Assembly: GCA_964016885.1 (NCBI GenBank)
Contig: OZ024740.1
Span: forward strand, 317,130,001-317,194,000
Length of the DNA stretch: 64,000 nt
Direction of reading: 5' to 3'
From: Eledone cirrhosa
Lineage: Eukaryota
How positions within the stretch are numbered: position 1 is the stretch's first letter; each line of letters begins with the position of its first letter. The notes beneath the pieces were generated by a model. It searched no databases. It had not been told where the DNA came from and worked only from the letters and a program-made list of their open reading frames with translations. Shown in pieces: positions 39,901 to 50,160 of the stretch. The position numbers and the translations under genes were made by a program.

Positions 39901-42900
39901 TCTCAATGTGTATTATATAAAGATTAGTGCCACTTCTTCAGCTTGTTCTGTGTTTGTTTTGAAGTTGTTTTTGTTTAGTTTCAAGTCAGTTTTAATCATC
40001 CCATCCTTTTATATATCAGAAACTTCATTTTATAGGGAGCAATATATCCTTCTTTATCTAAAACTATAGTGTGTAATTTGAAGGGGATGTAACTGCTATT
40101 TCTAGCATTTTCTATAATTGCATAAAAGCTTCCTTTCCTTATTGGTTAGTTAATGTTGAGGTAGTCATATTACATATATTAGTTATGACTTTTTGTTAAT
40201 TCATACATTGAGGCCAGTTAAAACTACTGTCTCCCCTTCTCCAGATCTCCAGCCTAGTACCTGTTAAAAATTATTATTATTAGGGTGTTGGAAAACATGC
40301 CTTACAGTATTTGTTATGGCTCAAATCAAATCTGGCTGAGATCAAGTTTACTTGTCATTCTTTCAGTGTGGACAGAATAAAGTACTAGTTATGTATGGAG
40401 TTTTGATTTAATCTCTCCCCTCAAATTTCTGGTCTTATGCCTCTGTTATAAATTTGGTAGAATCGTTAGAGCATCAGATAAAATACCTTAAAGTGTTTGT
40501 TTATGTTCTTTACATTAAGTGGCTCAAATCTTACTGAGGTCAGTTTTGACTTTTATCCCTCTAGGGTTGATAAAATAAAGTACCAGTCAAGTACATCTGA
40601 ATTGCTGGCCTTGTGCCTTCATCAGAAACCATTATTGGAGGTTTTATGGTGGACAAGATTCAAAGGACTTTGAATAGACTCTTTCTTCTTGAATCAGGCC
40701 TTCATCTTCTTCAAGTACCGTTTTAAAAAGGTGACGGTGGAGAGGAAGGTGCTACCCTCCCAGTAGATTTGCTGAAAGATAGGTGAGATTAACATGAATG
40801 GTCTAAGTGACTAGCCCTATATTCAGCATGTAGCAATAACCCTACTGGGGGAGGGCACTTGCCCTTTGTATTGAGGGTAATCCTAGATCTGTAGAGGTCC
40901 CTGATGCCCCCTCCTCCCTTAGGTGGCTGTTCCCCTATTGAGACATTTTATTACTTTTTGTAATCTGTTGTTTTTCTTGCCCTTTTAAAAAATATTTGAT
41001 TCAGTGTAAAGCTCAATGTTTTTATAATTTGTTCTTGACTTCCTCTCCTCCATCACCTTTGTGGCAAAATAATAGAGAAATTATTATTCAACAGAATTCT
41101 TAGATTTTCAGACAAAATATATTGCAGGGTTTAGCTAGAGCTCTATATGTTCAGAAGTAATCTCTACCTTTCATCCATCTGGGGTCAATAAAATACCAGT
41201 TGAGTACTGGAGTTGATTTAATTGATTAATTTCCTCTCCCAAATTTCTGGCTTGTGCTTGTGTAAAAAACAATTGAATATTAATATGAACGATTGCTGAT
41301 GCAACAGAAATTGTAGTGCTGTCGATTGATTGATCAAATCGAAGATAAGATCCCAGACCTCATTTGCTTACCAAGTGAGGTGGAACTCGTTAAATTGGAC
41401 CAAGGAAACAATGTTTCCATTGGTCTTTCCATTGCTGATACTATCTACTGGTCGCAACTCCTGGCAGAAAGAGAAACAAGAAACAAAGAGTCTTGACTAA
41501 TTATATGTAAACTATTCAGTGCGAAAAGACCAGGATGATACTCAAACTTTAGATCCTCTTTTCTTCAATGTAGAATATTCCTTTCAAAGACTTTTGAAAT
41601 AGGCTGTATTAATATTGAAATAATTTTCTAATGAAATTCTACTTTCTAAAGTATATAATTTCAGTTTTGTCTTTCATCATTGTTAATTTTATTTTATGAT
41701 GTTAATTGATTTCTTCTATATCTTTGCTTTACCAGTTACTGTTTGATAAATTATTGATTAGTTTATATTGTCTGTTGGTTTAACCAAACCACCATGACAG
41801 TCATTTCAATAAGTTCAACTTTGTCTTGTTAATAATTTCAAGTTTAAAATAATTTTATTTTATATTTTATTTCACAACTTCATGAATTTATTAATTATAG
41901 ACAATAGTTTGCTTTTTCTAGTGTTTTTTTTCACCAACCAACTTATGTTGCATTTTTTTTATATTTTTCTTTTCTTTTTCTTTGAGGTTCCTATTGTAAG
42001 TATGAGTCTCTTCCTTGTTCCTCTTCCAGTATGAATGATCCTTGATGTACATCTGAAGCTTGTCACTCACTAGTTATATTGTGCTACTGACCTTCTATAC
42101 ACTCTTCTCTTCTTATTGTCATGTTAGGCTTTTCTAAATACTAAGTCTGCAAATAGTTCTCATAAATCTTACTACATTACTTAATAGGCTGCTGTGAGGT
42201 AGTTCTCTTTAGAAAAAAAAAAAATGAAAAACAGTCTCTATCTATCTGTTCATAATTGAATGTTTAGTTTGAACTTTGATGCTCAGACCAAGTAGAAAAT
42301 TTTAGTTATTCCATTTCAAAGTAGTTTTCAAAGGTAACAGGTTAATGCTGTTTAAAGTATAGTTCAATGAAACAGAACTTTTGTTTTTAGTCATTTTTAA
42401 AATGACTCTTGGTTAGAGGTTTTGAAGATAGCATACTAAAGCTTTGTTCAAACAAACAATGTGTGGAACCCATTGATCAAGGCTTGACACTTTAACCAAG
42501 CCCACAGAGGTGGTTTATGATTGTTCTATGGGTTTTATTGCACCATTGTGTCATTTCTTGTGCTGTAACCTTAGAATTTTCTTCAGTAATTGTTAAGTCA
42601 CGTTGCTTGTCCAGGATGAAGAGGAATCTTTAAGGGAAACATTTCTCAGCTGAAGTTGAACAGACAACCATTACTGTCATGTCTTCACACTTAAGGTTTT
42701 ATTTCTACAGACATTAAAAATATCCCTCCTTGTCATTTCTGAAGCTGATGAACATTTTTCAAACTCTTAGAAAATGCAGTTTCTCTCAAATGTGTCTCAA
42801 CTACACTTATTTTTGTGGGTCTAAATATTTCTAAATTTACTCATCAAGACATTGAACATTTCTGAAAGGAAAGAGGAAAAATTAGAACAAAATTTTATTG

Positions 42901-45900
42901 TTAGCTTTGTTCCACATAAAAAACTCTCCCTAAACTTAGGGTAAAAAAGCAACAGGACTTTCTTTCATACCTAATTTATATACATGCGTGTGTGTATCTG
43001 TATGTGTGGTTAAGATGTTTGCTTCGCAACTATGAGTTTTATCCTACTGCATAACACCTTGGTCAAAGGTCTTCTAATATAGCCTTGAGCTGACCAATAT
43101 CTTGTAAGTGGAATTTGTTGGTTTGGATACTGTATATATGCATGTCTGTTTGTCTGTCTTTTCACTTCATATTTGGCCAGCACACGGACCTCCATTTGTT
43201 TATAATAGGGAGAAATGAGGAGAGACAGAGGCAGTGACAGTGGGAGTTTGGTCCCTTTGTGTTCGAACCTGGTGTATGTGTACATGTTTCATAGACACAC
43301 ACTCACGCAAAAAGAAAGAATATTGGATTGTTAACATTTAACTTGAAATAATTCTGCTTCCATTGTTAAAAAGTCTAGTTCGTAACATAAAATAAATTTT
43401 TTGACTAAATCATCTTTATCTGTTAGAGTTACCATTCTTCTTCTTACTTTATTGCATTTTGATATCTGTAGTCGAGGTAGTAATATTTGTTTGTGACTCA
43501 CATAAACAGAAGTTCTGTGACTAAGCAATTAGGCTTGTAAGATCTGTACTTTACTTAAAACACAAGTCAGGATTGGTACCCAATTATCCAACCCATGCCA
43601 ATATGGTAAAGAAAGATGTAAAAACAATGATGATTGTATGGTATGTGTATATATATATATATATATATATAGTCTGTGTGTATGTGTGTGTAATATTTTA
43701 TAAAAGGAATGCAATGCTATTTCAATTTTATTGGTTATTTATTAAACTTATTTTTTAAAAAAATCTGCTGCTGCTTAATCTATTTTGTTGATATACTCTG
43801 TCTTGTGTACTTCCACTCTGCAAATGTGTGTGTGTCTGTCTGAATGAGTGATTGTGTATGTGTCTGTCTGAATGAGTGATTGTGTGTGTGTGTCTGAATG
43901 AGTGATTGTCTGTCTGTTTGAATAAGTGATTGTATGTGTGTGTGTAATTGTAATATTTTATAAAAAGAATGCAGAACTATTTTAATTTTATTGGCTGTTT
44001 AAGAAATATTGTCTTCGGCGACTTAGTTTATTTTGTTGATAAACCCAGTCTCATGTATTTCCAGCCTACAAATGTGTGAGAGTGTGTATGTCTGAGTGAG
44101 AGTGTATGTGTGTGTGTGTGTTAATATCTCTACTTGCTAATCCATTGTTTCAGTTGGTTATACTGATATTTTCTATTTACTGGCTTCTCTGTCTTAGAAT
44201 CATTTGAGAGATAACATTGGTTCTAGTCTGTACTTCACATATCTGAAAAGACTATTCACAATAAAACTAAAATTTACTGTGTAAATACTTCTAGAAAAAC
44301 AAAAATTACCAAAAAGACATTTAAGATAGCAGACTTATGACTGTGCATGGCTTAGTGGTTAGAGAGTTTGATTCACAATCATGAAGTTGTGAGATAAATT
44401 CTTGGACTAGGTGATGCATTATGTCCTTGAGCAAGACACTTTATTTCATGTTGCTCCTTCTGCCAGGAGTTGCAACCGGTAGATAGTATCAGCAATGCAA
44501 ACATTGTTTTCTTGGTCCGATTTGACGAGGTCCACCCCACTCGGCAAGCAAATGAGGCTTGGGATCTTCCCGATTGATCAGTGTGAGAGCGCTATAAAGC
44601 CAACCATGGCTACTTCATCTATGTATTGAGAACTATTTTGTCAAATATCTCCAAATAGTTACAGTCCACCCAGTTTCACTCACAAGGCAAGGGTCGATCC
44701 GAGGTTATGATAAATGATTCTTGATCAATATTCCTCACAGTAGGATTGAACCCAGGACCTAATGATTGTAAAGTGAACTTCTTAACCATTCATCCATGCT
44801 ATGTTCATACAAAATACAGAAGGGATGAGATAAAGATATAAAATGTCAACTATAACCTCCAATCATTAGCTTGGAAATATTTGTGACTAAAGTTTTACCA
44901 ATGATCATCTAATAGATAAAGTTTAAAGTCTGTTTAGAGCCCATATTATCATCAGGCTGATGCTTATCCTGGTTTCTGTGGTGTTAAGTGACTGAGAGTA
45001 CACGACTACCCTCCTGGACAGGACACCAGTCCATCGCAGGATTAAACACCCAGCTATTGCTGGTACTCATTTTCAGTGAGTATACTGGAACAATGTGAAA
45101 TGAAGTGTTTTGCTCAAGAACGCAACACACAACCCAGTCCAGGAATCAAACCCACAAAATTATGATCGTAAGTTCAACACCCTTACCACTAGGCTACATG
45201 CACCTCCACAACTAATATATAAGGACAGTATTATTTATTGGGATACTCATTTAGAGTGTTTAGCAATTCTTTTCATCTTTGATGTAAACTAACAATGTAA
45301 GGTTTTTCAGGAATGTTAGACAATAATCTCAAAACTAAGCATCTTCTAACAACTTGTGTGGAATTAACAGGAAGGTTAATTTTCTCTTCTGAATTGAGTA
45401 ACATTTATATTTTGTGTTGATAAACACAAACAATTATTAATAATATTCACCATCTCACTGTTGTGTCATATTGAAAGAGGATGGTTGTCATATAATATTT
45501 ACTAATCATTTCTAAGTTTATGTTGGCATATGATCCATGCATATATGTTTATGTGTGTGTGTGTGAGTCTATGTATATATATATATATATATACACACTG
45601 TTGCTAGCAGAGAGAGTGGATGTTATATATATTGGGAAGATAATGATGTATATACATGTGTATGTGTATATATATATATCATCATCATCCATGCTACCAT
45701 TTGAGACAAGTCAAATCAGGTGACTATATTTTGCTCATATAGAACCGTTTCTGGCTTGTGTGTGTGTATATATACATATACACACACACACATATATATA
45801 TACATACATATATATATATACACACACACACATATAAATATATATATATACAGTAGTTGGATGTTTTCCCATAGTATATTGCTAGAGTACTATTTCACAT

Positions 45901-46294
45901 TGAGCGGAAATGATTCCTTTAGAATGATTTTTAATGTTTCCTTAATGAAGAAATTCTTTCTGAAAAACTGAAGTAATTTCCAGGAACAGCCCAAATCATT
46001 TTTAATGAAATAATTAGTCTACATTTTCTGAAAGTCTGGGAGTATATTTGCAACTTGAAACAAGTTAATATAATCATGCTAGTAATACTTAAGTTTACTG
46101 TAAGATTTGAATCTGCAGTTTGCTACATTTTATATATATATGTATGTATAGATATACATATATACACACACATTCCAACAAAGGCTGACAAACAATGCAG
46201 CATTAACATGAGTTAACATTGGGAAAAACTGAGTACCTAGGAAATTGTCAGTTTGCCCCGTGTTTTATACATTATATATATGATACACACACAC

Positions 46295-46346
<52 letters not shown>

Positions 46347-47765
46347 TACATACATACATTTCATATTTATGAGAGACAAATTCCAGTGTAAAATTCTTTA
46401 CTAGTATCAATGATACTGTGTGGTCTTTGAAGAAACCAAGAAATGGTCTTTGAAGAAAGCAAGGGCTTGTCTATGTTATGGTCTTTGAAGAAAGCAAGGG
46501 CTTGTCTATGTTATGGTCTTTGAAGAAAGCAAGGGCTTGTCTATGTTATGGTCTTTGAAGAAAGCAAGGGCTTGTCTATGTTATGGTCTTTGAAGAAAGC
46601 AAGGGCTTGTCTATGTTATGGTCTTTGAAGAAAGCAAGGGCTTGTCTATGTTATGGTCTTTGAAGAAAGCAAGGGCTTGTCTATATTATGGTCTTTGAAG
46701 AAAACAAGGAATTGTTGTAGTGCTTGGATTTATTGATGATAACTGAAAATTAATGTTAAATCAGTCAGACCATATTTTAGTTTGAGAAGTTACCACTAGG
46801 ATATTTCAAAGTTATTAGCTCAATTTTTTTTATTTTCTTATTTCCATAGTGCATGTATATTTTAGTTTCAATTGCACAATCACCCTTGCCTGCTTTAATA
46901 TCCATTCTTTTAAACATCACTCCAACTGCAATTGTTGATTTATTTTGATTTCCTTCTTAATCTAAATTACTAAGATGTCATCTATTTTGGACCTGAATGG
47001 AAACTTGATCTTTCATTTTATTTATCTCATGTTTATCAAAGTGAATTTTACTCTTAACATCCTGTACCACATTAAACCGCATCAAGCTGGTGGTGCTTAT
47101 CCCTGTTTCATGGTGTGAGGCAACTTAAAGGACAGGATGCCAGTCCACTGCAGGGTTAAAGTCTGTCTTGAGCCCGGAGGCTCATAAGGCTGGTGCTTAT
47201 TCTGGTTTTTGTGGCATGAAGTAACAGTCCATTAAACTCCAAGCTACTGCTGGTACTCATTTTAAGCTGAGTATACTGGAGCAATGTGAAATGAAGTGTT
47301 TTGATCAAGAACATAACATGCAATCCAGCCTAGGAATTAAACCCATGACATAGTGATTGTAATTCCAACACCCTTACTACTAGGCCATGCACCGCCACTC
47401 AGACACTATAAACAATTGTATTAACAAAACCGTGTTTTGATATTTTCTGCTAAATCATTACAGGATTTTAACAGTTAAATCACTGCACCCTTTTTAATTT
47501 CAGACTGGAAAATATTTTCAGTTTATTGAAAAAAATAAGTTTTATTTTAAATAAGACTTACATTGATGATGTTCTGAATTTCATTTTTACTTCTCATGTT
47601 GATTTAATATATTCTATGAAAATGTGATATTTTTTTGTACATTTTGTTTTATTTCTATTTTTAGTTCCTGCATTGATACCATCTCGTAGTGTGTCAACTT
47701 GCAGTGATTTTAGCCTTGCAAGCACCAGGAGTCCTACCACTGAGGAAGATGGGGTTGAATGTTAG
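3125..47765 (+). CDS. NDRG: NDRG-family protein (NDRG1/3-like alpha/beta-hydrolase pseudoenzyme), 5'-partial, 11 core coding exons: 3125-3224, 5346-5466, 19199-19261, 22627-22687, 24502-24588, 25663-25740, 27121-27221, 27696-27761, 28686-28785, 30776-30863, 47665-47765
   Basis: Manual splicing gives 966 nt in one frame with GT-AG introns: [42 protein letters not shown]...[11 protein letters not shown]...YPTMEQLAD...[17 protein letters not shown]...GWIEWGYQK...WHWFGK...[18 protein letters not shown]...LLVGDDSPH...[33 protein letters not shown]...GVEC*. These are hallmark NDRG motifs (TxHDIGLNH, APGQxEGA, YPxMxQLA, GxGxGA, FLQGMGY, C-terminal Cys). Confidence 0.95.
3403..3860. repeat. Long interrupted (TC)n/(GA)n microsatellite (~440 bp) followed by (GCT)n
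   Basis: Directly visible; source of the spurious SL/ER ORFs. Confidence 0.98.
4567..4659. repeat. Compound (CA)n(CT)n microsatellite
   Basis: Directly visible. Confidence 0.95.
5346..5466 (+). CDS. NDRG: NDRG coding exon ([39 protein letters not shown])
   Basis: tttcag|AT acceptor, AGA|gttagt donor, 121 nt, phase 1-2. Confidence 0.95.
6300..6889 (+). mobile_element. RTE LINE ORF2 3' end fused to SINE-type module, core and tail (chimeric retroelement)
   Basis: [14 protein letters not shown]...[18 protein letters not shown] is a typical RTE C-terminus; followed by poly-C, 48-bp modules, core and (GAT)n tail. Confidence 0.85.
8700..9045 (+). mobile_element. Degenerate modular SINE-like element
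   Basis: Decayed 48-bp modules, AACCCATGCAAGTATGGAAAATAGACATTAAATG tail, (GAT)n. Confidence 0.6.
9285..9613 (+). mobile_element. Young tRNA-derived SINE (head A, hairpin, module, core, RTE tail)
   Basis: AGTGGTTAGAGC...GTTCAATTC head; tail CCACCCTTGCAAGCAGGGAAAAGC matches the RTE LINE end at 29900-29948; inverted copies at 20514-20778 and 24901-25245. Confidence 0.88.
12505..12546 (+). CDS. NDRG: Candidate 42-nt cassette microexon of NDRG ([15 protein letters not shown])
   Basis: ttag|G...AACAG|gtcagt; phase 2-2, stop-free, frame-preserving between flanking exons; GC-richer than surroundings; TGC at 12484-12486, TGCATG at 12748-12753. Confidence 0.7.
14240..14800 (+). mobile_element. Decayed L2/Crack/Daphne-like LINE reverse-transcriptase fragment
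   Basis: [10 protein letters not shown] (degenerate YADD) and [24 protein letters not shown], resembling post-RT motifs of CR1/L2-group LINEs. Confidence 0.6.
14825..15060 (-). mobile_element. RTE-like LINE 3' fragment
   Basis: - strand reads ..[33 protein letters not shown], an RTE C-terminal G-R-R-x-R-G-R motif. Confidence 0.55.
15948..16180 (-). mobile_element. tRNA-derived SINE, head A with body C
   Basis: Shared GACCAAGGAAACAATGTTTC...GTTGCAACTCCTGGCAGAA body; copies at 41347-41498(-), 44341-44570(+), 55057-55235(+). Confidence 0.7.
16430..17068 (+). mobile_element. RTE LINE fragment with internal deletion, fused to SINE-type module and tail
   Basis: [13 protein letters not shown]...[12 protein letters not shown]...GRLYDACV jumps directly to [11 protein letters not shown]; same 3' junction as 6300-6889 but the other tail type. 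Confidence 0.85.
17712..17902 (+). mobile_element. SINE family B
   Basis: GAGTTCAAATCCC...TCATCCTTACGGGACCGATAAAATAAAGTACCAG. Confidence 0.75.
19199..19261 (+). CDS. NDRG: NDRG coding exon ([20 protein letters not shown])
   Basis: ttttctag|C acceptor, CAA|gtaggt donor, 63 nt, phase 2-2. Confidence 0.95.
20514..20778 (-). mobile_element. Young SINE, reverse copy of the 9285-9613 type, 5'-truncated
   Basis: Reverse complement nearly identical to 9350-9613. Confidence 0.85.
21560..21750 (+). mobile_element. SINE family B
   Basis: Same core as 26732-26923; a further partial copy at 21262-21395. Confidence 0.7.
22627..22687 (+). CDS. NDRG: NDRG coding exon ([20 protein letters not shown]; degenerate nucleophile elbow)
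   Basis: tttcag|T acceptor, AGT|gtaagt donor, 61 nt; Gly sits at the position of the GxSxG nucleophile. Confidence 0.95.
22762..23102 (+). mobile_element. SINE-like element with five tandem ~48-bp modules
   Basis: Unit AAAAAGCACCCAGCACACACTGTAAAGTGGTCGTGTAGGTGTCACAAC; tail ACCCATGCTAGCATGGAAGATGGATGTTAAA(TGA)n. Confidence 0.8.
23825..24033. mobile_element. piggyBac-type MITE, family 1
   Basis: Perfect 14-bp TIR CCCTTTAGCATTTA with TTAA on both sides. Confidence 0.88.
24502..24588 (+). CDS. NDRG: NDRG coding exon ([29 protein letters not shown])
   Basis: tttccag|TTG, AAA|gttagt, 87 nt, phase 0-0. Confidence 0.95.
24901..25245 (-). mobile_element. Full-length young SINE (head A type) with poly-G expansion
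   Basis: - strand GGCACATGGCTTAGTGGTTAG (A box) ... GTTCAATTC (B box) ... (GAT)n tail. Confidence 0.88.
25663..25740 (+). CDS. NDRG: NDRG coding exon ([26 protein letters not shown])
   Basis: tatag|ATG, AAG|gtatgt, 78 nt, phase 0-0. Confidence 0.93.
26655..27067. mobile_element. piggyBac-type MITE family 1 interrupted by a SINE B
   Basis: TTAA/TIR ends; nested SINE at 26732-26923. Confidence 0.85.
26732..26923 (+). mobile_element. Full-length SINE family B with 13-bp TSD
   Basis: TSD ATTATATTGAATC at 26719-26731 and 26924-26936. Confidence 0.9.
27121..27221 (+). CDS. NDRG: NDRG coding exon ([33 protein letters not shown])
   Basis: ctcttccag|AAA, GAG|gtagat, 101 nt, phase 0-2. Confidence 0.94.
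27284..27648 (-). mobile_element. 5'-truncated copy of the RTE/SINE chimera, inverted relative to 6516-6880
   Basis: Near-identical reverse complement; the ORF-track translations 6484..6813(-) and 27352..27765(+) share about 60 identical N-terminal residues. Confidence 0.9.
27696..27761 (+). CDS. NDRG: NDRG coding exon ([21 protein letters not shown])
   Basis: tttcag|A, AAA|gtaagt, 66 nt, phase 2-2. Confidence 0.93.
28078..28511. mobile_element. MITE family 3 interrupted by a SINE B
   Basis: Homology to 452-681; TTAA flanks. Confidence 0.75.
28129..28312 (-). mobile_element. Full-length SINE family B with 15-bp TSD
   Basis: TSD TTTTAATTAATTAAT at 28114-28128 and 28313-28327. Confidence 0.88.
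28686..28785 (+). CDS. NDRG: NDRG coding exon ([33 protein letters not shown])
   Basis: ttaag|A, AAG|gtaatt, 100 nt, phase 2-0. Confidence 0.94.
28998..29948 (+). mobile_element. 5'-truncated RTE LINE (end of RT, PHD-like finger, C-terminus, (ATG)n tail); disrupted
   Basis: [21 protein letters not shown]...CSIC...CTQC*...HKRC...CSRC...[11 protein letters not shown] (frameshift) [12 protein letters not shown]...LHGSETW...[12 protein letters not shown]...[12 protein letters not shown]. Confidence 0.92.
30020..30325 (+). mobile_element. Degenerate modular SINE-like element
   Basis: AGGAAGGGCATCCAGCC core and CCTGTCCAACC...(GAT)n tail. Confidence 0.6.
30776..30863 (+). CDS. NDRG: NDRG coding exon ([29 protein letters not shown])
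   Basis: ttttag|ATT, ACA|gtaagt, 88 nt, phase 0-1. Confidence 0.95.
33230..33550 (+). mobile_element. Highly decayed RTE-like 3' fragment
   Basis: Two remnants of the RW(L)GHVLR motif (GATGGCTGAGTCATGTGTTGAAG; GATGGTTAAGTCATGTGTTGAGG). Confidence 0.4.
33812..33852 (+). CDS. Candidate alternative 41-nt NDRG exon ([14 protein letters not shown]), frame-shifting
   Basis: Strong pyrimidine tract tccttcctcag|, CAG|gtacca donor, open in the incoming phase 1; TGCATG at 33870 and ACTAAY at 33909, 34011 and 34025 downstream. Confidence 0.4.
34878..35192. repeat. 18-bp minisatellite (GGTCCTTAACAGACATAT), ~17 copies
   Basis: Directly visible; followed by a ~48-bp direct duplication at 35196-35292. 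Confidence 0.92.
35642..35832. repeat. 30-bp minisatellite (~6 copies), open in one frame ([10 protein letters not shown]-like decapeptide)
   Basis: GTTTGTGACCACAGAGCATGGTGAGATCCT-type units; ORF 35642..35839. Confidence 0.9.
36704..36912. mobile_element. TA-flanked Tc1/mariner-superfamily (Tc2/pogo-like) MITE
   Basis: TA|CCATATATACATAAATATAAG ... CTTATATTCCAGTATATATGG|TA; homologous to 39293-39501. Confidence 0.75.
37197..38841. repeat. 77-80-bp minisatellite, ~21 units, with 159-bp dimeric higher-order structure
   Basis: Unit GCCTTGTACATGAACTGCCAGCCCTATACACTGGCCCATGTCTAGTTTGGCTCCAGAGCTCTGTGTACATCACCATGTTT. Confidence 0.97.
39293..39501. mobile_element. TA-flanked Tc2/pogo-like MITE (209 bp)
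   Basis: TA|CTGTATATACTCGAATATAAG ... CTTATATTCAAGTATATACAG|TA, 21-bp TIR with 1 mismatch. Confidence 0.85.
41987..41995 (+). CDS. Candidate 9-nt NDRG microexon (GTTCCTATT)
   Basis: About 30-nt pyrimidine tract ending tttgag|, consensus donor |gtaagt, frame-preserving (GY-SSYF-PAL); the GAG acceptor is uncommon. Confidence 0.4.
43688..44080. repeat. Diverged ~140-bp local duplication separated by a TGTCTGAATGAGTGATTG/(TG)n array
   Basis: TGTAATATTTTATAAAA(G/A)GAATGCA...TATTTTGTTGATA...CAAATGTGTG occurs twice. Confidence 0.75.
46421..46709. repeat. 35-bp minisatellite, 7 near-perfect copies plus partials
   Basis: GGTCTTTGAAGAAAGCAAGGGCTTGTCTATGTTAT at 46445, 46480, 46515 and onward. Confidence 0.97.
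47665..47765 (+). CDS. NDRG: NDRG terminal coding exon ([33 protein letters not shown])
   Basis: tttttag|TT acceptor in phase 1; Ser/Thr-rich tail ending in Cys then TAG, comparable to vertebrate NDRG tails ending EVSC. Confidence 0.88.
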
Positions 47766-50160
47766 AGAGAAGAAAAAAAAAAACCCCAAAAAAAACCTAT
47801 TATCATTGAACTGGTTAAAACCTTCTTGCCAGACACTCAATAATAATAATAAAAAAAAAACATTTGAACTAACTGTTCATATATAACTATGATCCAAACT
47901 AACAAACTCCTTCCCTACTTCTTCCCACCTTATTATTTTTCTCCAGCTCAGACTATCATCTGTGAGCATAAGTAGTGTATCTTTTTTTTTTTCTATTAGG
48001 CTTTTGATACTTTTGATTACTTTCATTTTCAGAAAGCTCACTTATACTATGGTTTATATAATTGCCATCTTTAAATACCATATTTTCTACGTCACCAGCC
48101 ATTTTCATTTTTGCTGATTTCTTTTTGTTTTTCTGTTGTTTTAATCTAATTAGCAATTCCCTTAACTATTTTGATACTTTCTAAAAAAAAAAAAAAGTTT
48201 GATTTTTTTTCAAAAATAAAGGAATTGCATTTAAATGTCTGCATTACTTCATCCTTTTTAACAGCCATCAAGGTTGGATAATTGAAGCCTTTTTTTTTTA
48301 CGTCCATACTTGCTTTTGTTTTTCCTTCTTTTAAACGCACCATTTCTCACAAAGATGACAAAACAACATGCTTTTGCTTTCCTTCAAAGAGTTGACAAAG
48401 TGAAATTGCAGTATCCAAGTAGTGGTATGTCTAGAACAGAACCAAGTTACTCATAACATTCTACTGAAGCTGAAAATATTAAAGATATGTAGTTAGATTA
48501 TCAAACTTGATACTGCATTTTGCTCTATAGTGTTTCCCTTGTTGTCATCTTCAGCGTTCCAAACATTTGCAAGTATACCCAGTCCCTACATTGCCGCCCC
48601 CTATAAATTTTCTCTTGCTACCCTTCATTAAATATGCCGCAATTCATCAAAATGAAGCGATATCCTATACAAGACACCTCATATGGGTCTTCCTTCTTGA
48701 CAATAAGCAGCATACTTGATTCATATCACAAAGATTTGAAAAATGGAATGGATGTTGCTCAATTTAGTTATGGTTCGAAGAAGGGCAGACAATCCATAAA
48801 TGCTGCAGTCATTGACTTATGTTATTAGGCCTCAAACATATATATAAACAAAAAAGAAATCTATGTAAAAAATGGGACAAATATTTCCTCTTTGTAATCT
48901 CTCCCTTGCTTATTAGTGTACTTGAACAATGTAATTGATACTGCTGTTGCCATCTCCAGAAACATAAGAACTCTTGAATATGAGCTAGAAGTGGATTCCC
49001 CTAAGTATCTAGCTGTAGATGGTACTAAAGTATCTGGTTTACAATTTTTTCTCATATCATGCAATTGTTCTGTTTGTATTATATAAGAGAAACGTTTGGA
49101 GTTGGTAGAGATTAGTATTAGTGAATAGGTTTTCATAGACGATGCATTTAAACTAGCCTGCTCTAATTCCTGTATTGCTTTAAATGGATGAGGAGCTTCG
49201 GTAGCTGCCCTGGTAGATTTATCTTGTCATTCTAGTAAGAAACTATTTTTTTTTATGTTAGAAGTTAAGACTAAAATATGTTGAGACAATTGGACTGGGC
49301 TTGGCAAGAGTTTCTCACTACTGAACCTCTTTTGTTGAAGGAGATTGAGCTTAGCTTCTAAGATTGGCTGAATTTTTTCTTTTTTTTTTTTAAATATTTT
49401 TGATCTGTTACTGCTGTTCTTTGAGCAGCCATTCTGATACCATCCAATGAAAAGTTGCTGTACTGCTAAAAAGTATTGGACTTTTAGATTCCTCATTTAG
49501 CTAGTGCCACAACATTTTGGTCAAAATCCAACTTACCTTCAAGTAAAGGTGAGCAGTATGCAAGATTTGTTTCGCCCTCCTCTTTTACCTATCAAAAGCT
49601 TCAACTGGATAGGAAAGTTGATATGGGTTTACTTACTAATCACCACATAGAATGTTACAAGTAACAATACATTCCATTTCTTGCTTGAAAACCAAATTAT
49701 CTTTTCTTAATGATCCATGCCTCGTTTTCCATATCCCATCTGCTAGACTGTAGTTACAGAACTATTATCTAGACTCCTGTATATATATATCTATATATAT
49801 ATATATATATATATATATTGGTTTGTTATTTGTTTGTTAGTTTTCTTGTTTTGTTTGGACAGAGCATCTCTGCATACAGATGCCCTTATGACTGTTCCTA
49901 GACAGTCTTGGTTTTTTTTTTTTTACAGAAAGAATTTCAAAAGAATAACCATTCAATTGTATATACACTGTTCTAGCTCGCTGTTATTTTGTAATATATC
50001 TTCGAATAAAGAGTTGTTTTCTTTATTTTTGTTGTTTTATCATATCTTCATATTTTACCCAAAGTTTTGATATAATGTATAAATTAATGTCATAATTGAA
50101 AATTTAAACAAAAAAATAAAAATACCTTCTATCATAGCTGAACTAGAAATGTATTAAAAC
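47766..50160 (+). other. Probable NDRG 3' UTR (~2.3 kb) with polyadenylation signals
   Basis: No recognisable TE, AU-rich; AATAAA at 50005-50010 and 50115-50120, ATTAAA at 50153-50158. Confidence 0.6.

Noticed and set aside
44154-44156. Possible 3-nt microexon (tgctaat...tttcag|TTG|gttata)
   Set aside because: Good acceptor but weak donor; indistinguishable from chance
46421-46709. 35-bp repeat array resembling CRISPR in unit size
   Set aside because: Units are head-to-tail with no spacers; eukaryotic intron, no cas genes
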